Assembly: GCF_964355755.1 (NCBI RefSeq)
Contig: NC_092674.1
Span: 6,262,001-6,326,000 of the forward strand
DNA from: Antedon mediterranea
Taxonomy: Eukaryota > Animalia > Echinodermata
Length of the DNA stretch: 64,000 bases
Direction of reading: 5' to 3'
Below the pieces are notes generated by a model that ran no database searches, was not told the origin of the DNA, and worked only from the letters and a program-made list of their open reading frames with translations. Below are positions 27,801 to 42,800 of this stretch, in pieces; position 1 is the stretch's first letter, and each line of letters starts with the position of its first letter. The position numbers and the translations under genes were made by a program.

Positions 27801-30800
27801 TGGTTCACACTACCAATACAATGCAAGAACCTAATGCAATGTAAGCGATTTGACCAATTACAAGCGATGGATTAATGGAACAGGGGCTCATTGGTTAAAT
27901 CGCTTGCGTTGCGCGTACGTCCTTGCGTCGCATCTCTAGTGGGAACCATGCTTTATAAGCAAGCAGTTACATTACCAATTACTTACTGGAGAACAGTAGC
28001 AATTGTAGTTACAATTCAATTGAAATGAAATGATAACTAAAACAGCGTTCGTTCTTGGAATGATTTGTAGTCGATACTGAAGGCAATCAATACTTTTTAA
28101 TTTGTCATGAACGCCACCCTCTATGTCCGTAATCTGAAACGAATGACAAGTGTATTTTATTAGCCATCTTAAAGCTCTGTCTGCACTATCAAACTTGTTT
28201 GACAAAAATAGTGTGATGTTCCCAAATATGGTAGCGATATGGTTAAATATGGTAGTGATATGACATTGTCATGTCCATATAAGAGCACATCGCACAGAGC
28301 TTTAAACAGCATAACTGGTTCAGTTTTTCATTACAAACGAAATATGTTAAGGACTCTTTTTAAAATTGAAATAAAAAATGCAATTCAATACTTTTGTTTT
28401 TTTACACTTTATAAATTAAAAACCAAACTAAGATTAAACAAAGTTTAATATAATATAGGCTTAAACAACATTAATTGTTAAAATTTATTTTAAAAAAAAA
28501 GGTTTTAGAAAAACAATAAATGAAGTATATTCTTTATTATACTTCTTAATTAAAAGAAATAACAATTCTTAGTTTACCTCATAATAGTATTGTCTTTTAA
28601 TATCCTGATAATTAATGCAAGCTTTGCGCACCATAATCCCATTTTCAATCAAATCAACAGACAGTAGTCTTTCTTTATCAACAATGTGCGTTTTCTTGTA
28701 ATTGGACAAGAGATCTTGATGAACAATCAGATACCCACTTCGATCCATTACAAAACAACTAAAAAAAAAATGAATAAATAAAGTTGAAAGTAGGCCCATA
28801 CAACTGTTAAAAAAAGACAAATAAATGTGCTATCGTAACACACCTAAATGTATGCCATTATATTGTTTACAAATACACTCATACACTATTCGTATTCTCT
28901 CGATTGGGGACATTGTACATTGATGTTTTGGAACAATTGTTGAGAACTTTGTACGGTTAAAAACCACCCTGTAACATACGGCCATACTGCGTTCTCATCA
29001 GATCACCGAAGTAAGCAATGTTGGTATGGGTCCAGTTTGCGTTGGATGGGGATATCGTGGCGGGTGCTGTAACAGGCATGGGTTTGAGCCTCTGTACCAT
29101 ACTGATTGCATCCTTAGGATGCTTTACTCTCATTGCCTTGTCCTTCGGTGGGATGTCCGTTGGTCCCGTGTACAATCAGTAGGGTGAGTAGGGGATCATC
29201 TCCCTGTGTGCTGATCTGGTAGGCGCTGCACTGGAGGTTTGTACCCGGGTTTGTAGAGGGCCTAATCCAAATTTCTTTACTTTCCATGTATGCTACCTTT
29301 ACCCCGGAGACAACGTAGTTGTCTTCTCAGAGGGTTTACGCTGTCTATCACAGCAGTATGTACAATACAGTTTATTGGGTGGAATGGAGAGAATTTAATA
29401 GGGAGCATTATTATGAATATGCATCATGTTTCATCTGCTCTGCTCTGCTCTGCTCTGGCCCGTATTATTATACTAATCAACTTACTTGTACGTTGAATCT
29501 TGACAATCAGGATACAAATCTGTTATCGTTTTGTAGAAATAATCTAATGTTATATCCATCCCCATCACTCCAAAGATTTTGGACGAACCTCTGTCAAGAA
29601 ATGGTACCAAATAATTAATTATTATGTTTATTATTATCATTGTTATTTTATAAATTTATCTGATGTGAACATGATAAGGAGGCTAAAAACTTTCCACACA
29701 TGTTTTTCTGGACTAAGAAACAGCAAAAAACTGCAAATTTCAGCCAATTGCTATCTTGAAGGGTTGACCATAGTGTAAAAACATATATTGCCCTTTGTTC
29801 GTTACACGGGAAAGTGCCCCTTTAATAAGCGTGTCCCGAAGGAGGAGTTCTACTCTAACTTCAAAATAATTATAATCAATTGCATGCAACAATGTTTGTA
29901 CATATTAATAATATCTTCAAACTTTGTAATCCGCCAAAGAGATATTAGAAATTGTATTATTCCCTAATCAACAAAAACTTGTTTGTTTGTCCCACCAAAT
30001 GGAACAAGTTTCCTATTAATATAAAAGAAATGAAACATTTTGTTCAATTCAAGAAAAAAGAAAGAAATATCTTTTAATTAAATATTTCATTTTTATTATA
30101 TACTATTACTGATGCTTCATAATTCTCACTTGTTCTTATTACTTTTTTGTAACCATGGCAACTGAGACAAGTTTACTTCTAGGTTTGTCCTCATTTTATG
30201 CTCTGTATTATGTGTATGGCATTTGATGAAATAAATATTTGATGAATTTGAATTTATTGTTTAAAGGTTTGCATGGCAAAATCAAATGTTGATATAAAGT
30301 TTGCAGTACACCACATATCTTAGTTCTGAAAAGAACAGTTGAGTTTCTCAACGTTTTGATCAATATGCGTTGAGTGAGAATGCAGAAAGTCCAGGAAACT
30401 TGGAATATAAGTGGAAAGGGTGGAACTGATGTGAAATTTGAATGTACATACCTGAATGTTATTGCTCTACTAAGTGATACTGTTGGCCTGTAAGATGCTC
30501 GGAACGAATCAAAGTTTGATGCGGTGATAATAAGTGAATCTTTGGAACGTACTGCTTGGGCAAACCTAAACAATTGAATTTCAAATGAACAACAAAATCT
30601 TATAATACTTGTCTCCGTCACTGTTATAGAATTATCTATGATTTACTAAAACATCATTGTCAAATATTTGCATGCTTTTGGTTACACTTTTGTAAATTTG
30701 TATGTTGTATACAGTACTGTGTGGAATGGAGCTATAGCTTGGTGGTTAATGTGCTTGCCTTCTAATCCAAAGGTCCAGGGTTCAATCCTGACCTAGTACC

Positions 30801-33800
30801 AGGGTTTTAACTCACGACTCTTTCAACTTCACTCCCTCGAAAAATACTCATTGGATTCTTAAAAATGATGAAATAGATCGAAAAATTTATTCTCAAAATG
30901 TGTCCCTTTATTTGGAGTTCTCTCGTATTAATATCCCTGATATATTTTGAATTAAATTAACATTTGGGCTGGAAAAATGAACTGAGTATATACTGTACCA
31001 TTGTTCATTTGTAAAATCTCGATACTTATTCATTCTGAATCCGGGGTAAAATCGCAACACGCCGTTGGCTGTGCCGATATAACGTGTTGCAACATTATCA
31101 TTGTTCACATCACTCAACCATGTATCATCTATTAAATGAGTGATAAAAACCTCATCTCTGATACCATCCTGAAATGAAGATACAATCTTTCAATAAATCA
31201 TAAAAAATCAAATCATTTTTTTAATGAACAAACAAGAATTGAGGCAGATATGAGAATCAAAGTGATTCCATTTCAAAAAGTTACACAAGCATTTTTGCTT
31301 GTTGTACAAAAAAATTCCTTTAGGGACACTATGGGGACATTCTTATGATGGGGACAATTCCTTGTGAAATGAATGTTCAATTATGGCTAACTCCTATCAA
31401 AGCGACACTTCTAATAAGGATACATTTTGTCTCGAAGGGGTCGTCAGTGGTTCTACTGTAGTTTTAAAACATTTTTCTGTAAAATCTGGTATTCTATTCG
31501 GAATGTGTTTTTAATGGTAACAATGAATTTGGGACCTTGTAGACCCCGAAAAAAGTCTGGTTTTGGGAGAGTTTCCGGTTTTCAGAAAGTCTGGTATTGG
31601 GAGATTTGACTGTAGTTATTTTCAAGCTGCTAATTCCATTTTTCAGGGGTCTACTACTCAAACCCCTCAAGCTCCTGATATTCATTATGAGCGTTTCCCA
31701 ATAACAATTTGAGTAATCTCCAGTCTCTCACTAAATGTGCCATTTTTCCCCCGATTGTTATAGATATACTATATATAGATTGTTCATAATATGGCATTTT
31801 CCACAATGTACACATAAGAGCCTGGCATACTCATTTAGCGTTCAATACTATGCACTATTTAACGATCATTAAATAGTACTTTTTTTCCTTTTTTTTTCAC
31901 ATACTGAAATATTTGTAATGTTCAATGGGATACATATAGATTCAAGTATTATTTATAATGGCCTTATATGAAAATACTTACTGTCGGTGGCATAATCACC
32001 TAGGTGATTGCATGCTACTATTCCACTGGGTTTCCATATATCAATCCGATGGTACACAAATGGGTTTCCTAAAATCAAAAAAGATTCTCAGCTGAAAGTT
32101 GCGTAAAGAAATATGGCACAAAAAATTTGATATTCGGAACACCATAGAAAAGATAAAAAAGTAGTGAAATATTTGCGCATGATTAATTTCTGTTCTTAGT
32201 GTTTTCAGTCTTCCAACATTAAGCTTCCCACAATTTGTTTAGGGCTTACCAACCACAATTGTGCACTTCCCTTTGCTTTAACTACTATACTACAGCGTTG
32301 AATCACCGGTTCTCGTCAGATCACCAAAGTTAAGCAATGTTGGGCCCAGTTGCATTCTGGATGGGAAACCGTCTGGAATCACGGCGGGTGCTGTATTACC
32401 GGAGAGTGATGGAATGATAATATCACACTAGCATGTGATAGGCAAGGGTTCGAGCCTATCTGTACCATACCAACTGTATCCTTAGGCAAGATGCTTTGCT
32501 CTCATTGCTTAAAGCCATTGGTCATGTATACATAGTGCACGTTAAAGGACTTGGTACACTATTCGCAAATAGTAGGGGATCGTCTCCCGGTGTGCTGATC
32601 TGGCTGGCTGCTGCCATTGGTCCACGGAGGGCCTAATCTGAATTTCCTCAGTTCCTCAGTTTGTTTGAGAACAAAATATAAATACCTTACATTGATTAGA
32701 ATATGACAAACACTCACCAGTTATCTCTTGTCTAAAAAGTTGAGCTATGTCCTCTTCAACCAAGGCCAACACTGCTACAAGTGTTGTGCCTTCAACCTTT
32801 ATTAGGATGTAAAAATATGTAGATTGTAATATACGTGGGTGATTGCTGTATTAGGATAGAAAATGAACTAAATAAAGGTGGTGGCACCATCCACATTAAT
32901 CTTAATAACTTAACTTAATGAAAAATAATCTGGCGCTGGGTTGTCAAAGGCGGGTGTGTAGAAAGCGACGACCTCGAATTGGACGACCCCAACGACCCGG
33001 GCGACCTCGAATTGGACGACCTAGAATTGGACGACCCATAACACGAAACCGACGACCCCTATAATAGCCTAGCCTAGCCTAGGCCTAAGTATGGTATAAC
33101 ATCCCGAAGCCGAACATAACCAAAGATCTTTAAACCATACCTTATATAATACTCGCAAGCAAGCAATTGATTGAAAAAAATACAGAAATATCGCCATTTG
33201 ACAGGTATAGTATGTAGTTGTTTTTTGATAACAGAGAACTATCACTTATGCCATCCTCGTATATAATTAATTTCGTACGGAAAATACATTTAATTGATTA
33301 TATCATTAGATAGAGTATCATTCTTAGAATTAATTGTCAGTAATATATATAATTTTTTAAATGTTAGGGATATATTTTAAAATAACTATAAATAGATATA
33401 TAATTACACAAACTCAAGATGTTCTTTTCTGCCTGAAACCTAGGCCGAGGAGGGAGCTATATATCCAATACCAAATTGGCGAGTAAATCATGTTTTACTT
33501 TAAATTAAATTTATACGCTCTTCCACAAGGTCAATTGTTAGTTATACATACAGACTATATTAAAACAATGATTTTGAACACGTAGGGCATTTCTTTGAAT
33601 TCTTTCCTATTGTCGTTTTGTGGTAATTTACAGCTTTTTATATGTTTAACAAACGTACATAATCAATTGCGTCTGCATCATGCTAGACTACAACTTCCGG
33701 TAGTGACGTAATCAGCATATTTTTGGTAATAAAACTTTTTCACTAAGCTAGGGAATCTTCTGATATCAATATTCATTAGACCGTACTTTAGTTAGCCAAT

Positions 33801-36800
33801 CAAAATAAACGTATAAACAATTTTGCGGCGATGTTGTTGAGGTAAAATATACTGTGTTTTACAATAACCAATTTGGTTAGAGTAAAACACAATGATAAAG
33901 AATAGGAAACATTTAATAATATGATAAATGTCATTACATAGCAATTTATCACTGTGTTTTACTATAACCAATTTGGTTAGAGTAAAACACAATGATATAG
34001 AATAGGCAACATTTAATAATACGATAAATGACATTTACATAGCAATTTAGCACTGTGTTTTACTATAAACAATTTGGTCAAAGTAAAGCAGAATGATAAA
34101 GAATAGGAATTTAATAATATGATATATGACATTTACATAGCAATTTAGCACTGTGTTTTACTATAACCAATTTGGTTAGAGTAAAACACAATGATAAAGA
34201 ATAGGAAACATTTAATAATATGATATATGACATTCACATAGCAATTTAGCACTGTGTTTTACTATAACCAATTTGGTTAGAGTAAAACACAATGATATAG
34301 AATAGGAAACATTTAATAATTTGATAAATGACATTTACATAGCAATTTGCACTGTGTTTTACTATAACCAATTTGGTTAAAGTAAAACACAATGATAAAG
34401 AATAGGAAACACTTAATAATATGATAAATGACATTCACATAGCAATTTAGCACTGTGTTTTACTATAACCAATTTGGTTAGAGTAAAACACAATGATATA
34501 GAATAGGAAACATTTAATAATTTGATAAATGACATTTACATAGCAATTTGCACTGTGTTTTACTATAACCAATTTGGTTAAAGTAAAACACAATGATAAA
34601 GAATAGGAAACACTTAATAATATGATAAATGACATTTACATAGCAATTTAGCACTGTGTTTTACTATAACCAATTTGGTTAAAGTAAAGCAGAATGATAA
34701 AGAATAGGAATTTAATAATATGATATATGACATTTACATAGCAATTTAGCACTGTGTTTTACTATAACCAATTTGGTTAGAGTAAAACACAATGATAAAG
34801 ATTAGGAAATATTTAATAATAATGATTATTTACATAGCAATTTAGCACTGTGTTTTACTATAACCAATTTGGTTATAGTAAAACACAATGATATAGAATA
34901 GGAAACATTTAATAATATGATAAATGACATTTACATAGCAATTTATCACTGTGTTTTACTATAACCAATTTGGTTAGAGTAAAACACAATGATAAAGAAT
35001 AGGAAACATTTAATAGTAATGATTATTTACATAGCAATTTAGCACTGTGTTTTACTATAACCAATTTGGTTATAGTAAAACACAATGATAAAGAATAGGA
35101 AACATTTAATAATATGATATATGACATTCACATAGCAATTTAGCACTGTGTTTTACTATAACCAATTTGGTTAGAGTAAAACACAATGATATAGAATAGG
35201 AAACATTTAATAATTTGATAAATGACATTTACATAGCAATTTAGCACTGTGTTTTACTATAAACAATTTGGTTAAAGTAAAGCAGAATGATAAAGAATAG
35301 GAATTTAATAATATGATATATGACATTTACATAGCAATTTAGCACTGTGTTTTACTATAACCAATTTGGTTAGAGTAAAACACAATGATAAAGAATAGGA
35401 AACATTTAATAATATGACATATGACATTCACATAGTAATTTAGCACTGTGTTTTACTATAACCAATTTGGTTAGAGTAAAACACAATGATATAGAATAGG
35501 AAACATTTAATAATTTGATAAATGACATTTACATAGCAATTAGCACTGTGTTTTACTATAACCAATTTGGTTAAAGTAAAACACAATGATAAAGAATAGG
35601 AAACACTTAATAATATGATAAATGACATTTACATAGCAATTTAGCACTGTGTTTTACTATAACCAATTTGGTTAAAGTAAAGCAGAATGATAAAGAATAG
35701 GAATTTAATAATATGATATATGACATTTACATAGCAATTTAGCACTGTGTTTTACTATAACCAATTTGGTTAGAGTAAAACACAATGATAAAGATTAGGA
35801 AATATTTAATAATAATGATTATTTACATAGCAATTTAGCACTGTGTTTTACTATAACCAATTTGGTTATAGTAAAACACAATGATATAGAATAGGAAACA
35901 TTTAATAATATGATAAATGACATTTACATAGCAATTTATCACTGTGTTTTACTATAACCAATTTGGTTAGAGTAAAACACAATGATAAAGAATAGGAAAC
36001 ATTTAATAATAATGATTATTTACATAGCAATTTAGCACTGTGTTTTACTATAACCAATTTGGTTAGAGTAAAACACAATGATAAAGATTAGGAAATATTT
36101 AATAATAATGATTATTTACATAGCAATTTAGCACTGTGTTTTACTATAACCAATTTGGTTATAGTAAAACACAATGATATAGAATAGGAAACATTTAATA
36201 ATATGATAAATGACATTTACATAGCAATTTATCACTGTGTTTTACTATAACCAATTTGGTTAGAGTAAAACACAATGATAAAGAATAGGAAACATTTAAT
36301 AATAATGATTATTTACATAGCAATTTAGCACTGTGTTTTACTATAACCAATTTGGTTATAGTAAAACACAATGATAAAGAATAGGAAACATTTAATAATA
36401 TGATATATGACATTCACATAGCAATTTAGCACTGTGTTTTACTATAACCAATTTGGTTAGAGTAAAACACAATGATATAGAATAGGAAACATTTAATAAT
36501 TTGATAAATGACATTTACATAGCAATTTAGCACTGTGTTTTACTATAACCAATTTGGTTAAAGTAAAACACAATGATAAAGAATAGGAAACACTTAATAA
36601 TATGATAAATGACATTTACATAGCAATTTAGCACTGTGTTTTACTATAACCAATTTGGTTAAAGTAAAGCAGAATGATAAAGAATAGGAATTTAATAATA
36701 TGATATATAACATTTACATAGCAATTTAGCACTGTGTTTTACTATAACCAATTTGGTTAAAGTAAAACACAATGATAAAGAATAGGAAACATTTAATAAC

Positions 36801-39800
36801 ATGATAAATGTCATTACATAGCAATTTAGCACTGTGTTTTACTATAACCAATTTGGTTAGAGTAAAACACAATGATAAAGAATAGGAAATATTTAATAAT
36901 AAGGATTATTTACATAGCAATTTAGCACTGTGTTTTACTATAACCAATTTGGTTATAGTAAAACACAATGATATAGAATAGGAAACATTTAATAATATGA
37001 TAAATGACATTTACATAGCAATTTATCACTGTGTTTTACTATAACCAATTTGGTTATGGTAAAGCACAATGATATAGAATAGGAAACATTTAATAATATG
37101 ATAAATGACATTTACATAGCAATTTAGCACTGTGTTTTACTATAACCAATTTGGTTAAAGTAAAACATAATGATAAAGAATAGGAAACATTTAATAATAT
37201 GATAAATGACATTTACATAGCAATTTATCACTGTGTTTTACTATAACCAATTTGGTTATGGTAAAGCACAATGATATAGAATAGGAAACATTTAATAATA
37301 TGATAAATGTCATTACATAGCAATTTAGCACTGTGTTTTACTATAACCAATTTGGTTAGAGTAAAACACAATGACAAAGAATAGGAAACATTTAATAATA
37401 ATGATTATTTACATAGCTAGCAATTTAGCACAATGTTTTACTATAACCAATTTGGTTATGGTAAAGCACAATGATATAGAATAGGAAACATTTAATAATA
37501 TGATAAATGTCATTACATAGCAATTTAGCACTGTGTTTTACTATAACCAATTTGGTTAGAGTAAAACACAATGATAAAGAATGGGAAACATTTTAATAAC
37601 ATGATAAATGACATTCACATAGAAATTTAGCACTGTGTTTTACAATAACCAATTTGATTAGAGTAAAGCACAATGATAAAGAATATGAAACATTCAATAA
37701 TATGATAAATGACATTTACATAGTAATTTATCACTGTCTTTTACTATAACCAATTTGGTTAGAGTAAAACATTTTAACTATGATAAATGATATTTAGCAC
37801 TGTGCTGGATACAGTAAAACACAAATTAAGAATAGGAAACATATAATAATATGATACATTTACATACAAATTTAGTATTGTGTTTTACTATAGCCAATTT
37901 GGTTACAGTAAAACACAATGATAATGAAACATTTATTATATGATATTATTTACATAGCAAAATATTATATTAAACATATCTTATTATCTAAACGTTATGA
38001 AAAGAATAGGATACATATAATGTAATAATATAATAAATACAAGTTACATAGTTTATCATCTTGTTTTACAGAACCAATTTGGTAACACAGTTAAACACAG
38101 TGATAAAGAATAGATACTGTTTTAGGTTATATAACCCTAACCCTAGTTTGAAGCGACATAATAAATTCATCGCGAAAAAGTACGTATCGTATTTAGAAAC
38201 TTTTGAAATTTGTTAGATATGTTTAATAGGTTCTTACGTCTATAAAACAAACAAAAAATATAAATTTCACAAAAAATTCGTGATTTTAATAATTTGCATT
38301 TCTAAAAATGTACACTTATGAAATACCATACATTTTCCAACACATTTTTACTTCATTGATGATTCCCAGAAATCAAAATAAAACAAATTATGATATTTCT
38401 TTTACATTATAGATGTAAGAACCTATATTGAACATGTACCAAATTTCAAACGTTTTTTAAGACGATACGTATATTTTTATCGATGAATTAAGTATGTGAT
38501 CGCTTCAAACTAGGGTTAGGGTTAAATAACCTAACAGTTCCATTCTTTAACACTGTGTTTAACTTGTAACCAAATTGGTTTTAGTACAACACAATGATAA
38601 ACTATGTACATTTTATTTTTCATATTACATTATAGGATACATATAATGTAATAATAATAAATACAAGTTACATAGTTTATCATCTTGTTTTACAGAACCA
38701 ATTTGGTTACACAGTTAAACACAATGATAAAGAATAGACACTGTTTTAGGTTATATAACTCTAACCTTAGTTTGAAGCGATCACATACTTAATTCATCGC
38801 GAAAAAATACGTATCGTATTCAGAAACATTTGAAATTTGGTAAATATGTTCAATAGGTTCTTACGTCTATAAAACAAACAAAAAATAAAAGTTTCAAGAC
38901 AAATTCGTGATTTTAATAATTTGCATTTCTAAACATTTACACTTATGAAAGACAATACATTTCCAACACATTTTTACTTCATTGATGATTCTCAGAAATC
39001 AAAATAAAACTATTAGGATATTTCTTTTGCATTTTAGATGTAAGAACCTATATTGAACATATCTACCAAATATCAAACGTTTTTCAAGACGATACGTATT
39101 TTTAGCGATGAATATTAAATATGTGATCGCTTCAAACTAGGGTTAGGGTTAAATAAACTAAAACAGTTCTATTCTTTATCACTCACTGTGTTTAACTTTT
39201 AACCAAAATGGTTATAGTAAAACACAATGATAAACTTATATGTCAATTTTATTTTTCATAACATAAAATGTTTGATATTCTTTATAATATTTAATATTAT
39301 ATTTTAGGCCTACTATTAATGACGTATAAATGCACACTACATCTGAAATAACTTTCTACTTCATTGGCGATTCTTACCAAAAAAAAAGAACTAATTTTGT
39401 TATGTATATAGAGCAACCTATTATAACATGTCTTGTATGATTTTTATCTCGTTTCAATGACATTTTATACTACAATTCAAATGAAAAAGCATCACAAAAA
39501 AATACGTCTGGTATTCAAAAAGTTTCTAAACTCGGTACACAGAAAAAAGGAAATATTGAAAATGTATGGTCTTTCATAAGTGTGAATTTTTAGAAATGCA
39601 AATAATGGAAATCATCGATTTGTCTTGAAATTTATAATTTGTTTTGTCTTATTGAACATATCTATACAAAATGTCAAACGTTTCTGAATACGATACGTTT
39701 TTTTTCTCGATGAATTTATAATGTCGCTTCAAACTAGAGGGTAGGGTAGTAACCTAACAAGTATCTATTCTTTATCACTATGTTTAACTGTGTAACCATA

Positions 39801-42800
39801 TTGGTTCTAATAAAAAACAATGATAAACTATGTAAATTGTATGTTTCATATAATTACATTTTTTCAAAAAAAAAATTATTGGGAATGTCAAATTTCTTTT
39901 TCATGACATATATCTACAAATTTCAGAAGCTTTTGAGTACGAGTATTTTACGCGATGTTTTTTTATCCTCATTTTAATATTTTGGTAATGTAATTCACAT
40001 AAAGTATTATATCCAAAAATTGTTTATTCTTGGGTAGAAATGAGGAAATAAATAGTATTCCTGTATAATATAATAATCAATAATAAAGTATAAAAAAAAA
40101 TGTTGTGTAAACGAACGTTTTTTACGCTTCGAATTTTCTGTTACATTATGTTTGGATTGAAGCTACAGATATTGAATCATGGACCTATAAATTAGTAATT
40201 TATAGGTCCATGATTGAACATATCGTCACTCACCACACATTTTTTGTTTTGTATTTCGAAAGTATTTATTCTAAAGAACAATTGATGCAAACATCAACTG
40301 CGTATCTTATTTCATTAATTAATTATATTAATTATAATTTGGCGATTATTCGTCACACGAAGAGTCGAATATCGATTCGTCTCGTCATGAGAAGAAAACG
40401 TGCATTGCGCACACTGTTTACGCGCCTCAACAATAAACGGCGAATATGCGATTCGTCACTTATGGAACGCCGTTTTACACAAGTTTTTGGCGATGATAAA
40501 AATTGCATCGATGATGAAATTGCGTCGATGAAAATTGCATCGACGCAATGTAGATTGCGTCGATGCAATGTAGATTGCGTCGACGCAATTTACATTGCGT
40601 CGATGAAAATTGCATCGATGAAAATTGCGTCGATGAAAATTGCGTCGATGAAAACTGCATCGATGAAAATTGCGTCGATGAAAACTGCATCGATGAAAAT
40701 TGATGTGATGAATTTAATTGATTATGAAAATTCCAAATGGTTTTAATTCAATCAATGATGAAAATGACTACTAGTAAAGTAAATGATGATGTTAATAATG
40801 ATGTTAATAATGTTATTATGTTGCTAAAAATTGACGGTTTCTGAATATTTTGATATGATAAACATGTTTACCGCTTGCGCTAGCGCGCGTTATAGACAAG
40901 CGCACAGTGATCGCGCACTAAAACAATGTTGAAATATATGCACTGATTAACATTTTAGTGATTTATTGTCAACACATTTTAGCAATGGATCCATTATTGT
41001 CCTTTCGGACACATTATATCTTCTAGCTAATTGCTTCCGTTAATCCACCAGTTCAGTACATAAAATCCAGATGTCCAGCATCCATGACATCATATTCAAA
41101 TCATACCGGCAGGGAGATCGCAATTTTCATCGATGAAAACTGCATCGATGAAAATTTTTTTTTTTTTTCATCGATGCAGTTTTCATCGATGCAGTTTTCA
41201 TCGACGCAATTTTCATCGACGCAATTTTCATCACATTAACGCAATTTTCATTACATCGACGCAATTTTCATCGACGCAATGTTCATCACATCATTACATC
41301 AATACTATATTCATCGACGCAATTTTCATCACATCGACGCAATTTTCATTGCATCATTGACGCAATTTTATCATCGCCTAAACTGGCATTCCATACTAAT
41401 TGCGTGTGATCTGATTGGTGTATTATAAATAAATTCATCGCGATGAAATTTTCAGTAGATGTAATGAGACAGTTCAGTAGATGTAATGACAGTTAATTTA
41501 ATTGTTCTGCTCTTTTTGTACAAATCTATACTACTTTATATTATGGATTTTGTAGTACTGTTAAAATTATTAAATCTCTGGAAGTGTGTTTTACGAGTAT
41601 GTCCGCAAATTTATGCGTTTACGGTTTTAAAATGTGAGTTTTAAATAGCGAACATGATCTTGTTAGGTGCACTACGCACGCAGTATTCCAAAATGTCTTA
41701 CTAATTGGGAGAAAATCATATTGTATCATATCATATTATATCCATTCTTTAAATTCATATTCTTTATCCAAAACTAAATTGGTATAGTAAAACACAGTGC
41801 TAGCAATTTATCATATTATTAAATGTTTCATATTCTTTATCATTGTGTTTTACCCTAATCAAATTGGTATAGTAAAACACAGTGCTAAATTGCTATGTGA
41901 ATGTCATTTATCATATTTTTAAATGTTTCCTATTCTTTATCATTGTGCTTTACCATAACCAAATTGGTTATAGTAAAACACAGTGCTAAATTGCTATGTA
42001 AATGTTATATATCATATTATTAAATTCCTATTCTTTATCATTGTGTTTTACTCTAACCAAATTGGTTATAGTAAAACACAGTGATAAATTGCTATGTAAA
42101 TGTAATTTATCATATTATTAAATGTTTCCTATTCTTTATCATTGTGTTTTACTCTAACCAAATTGGTTATAGTAAAACACAGTGATAAATTGCTATGTAA
42201 ATGTAATTTATCATGTTATTAAATGTTTCCTATTCTTTATCGTTGAGTTTTACTCTAATCAAATTGGTTATAGTAAAACACAGTGCTAAATTGCTATGTA
42301 AATGTTATATATCATATTATTAAATGTTTCCTATTCTTTATCATTGTGTTTTACTCTAATCTGATTGGTTATAGTAAAACACAGTGCTAAATTGCTATGT
42401 GAATGTCATTTATCATGTTATTAAATGTTTCTTATTCTTTATCATTGTGTTTTACTCTAACCAAATTGGTTATAGTAAAACACAGTGATAAATTGCTATG
42501 TAAATGTAATTTATCATATTATTAAATGTTTCCTATTCTTTATCATTGTGTTTTACTCTAACCAAATTGGTTATAGTAAAACACAGTGATAAATTGCTAT
42601 GTAAATGTAATTTATCATGTTATTAAATGTTTCCTATTCTTTATCGTTGTGTTTTACTCTAATCAAATTGGTTATAGTAAAACACAGTGCTAAATTGCTA
42701 TGTAAATGTTATATATCATATTATTAAATGTTTCCTATTCTTTATCATTGTGTTTTACTCTAATCTGATTGGTTATAGTAAAACACAGTGCTAAATTGCT

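Noticed and set aside
30727-30800. tRNA-Gly gene
   Set aside because: The cloverleaf is imperfect and a shared downstream tail in several diverged copies indicates a SINE.
32282-32400. 5S rRNA gene
   Set aside because: Diverged, lacks an oligo-T terminator, and runs into a SINE body shared with other copies.
38133-39150. True telomere or chromosome-fusion site
   Set aside because: Only two TTAGGG units per site, embedded in repeated hairpin modules.
40210-40746. 178-aa ORF with ASMKI repeats
   Set aside because: Produced by the 15-bp subrepeat of a MITE arm; the mirror array on the other arm argues for a DNA-level structure.
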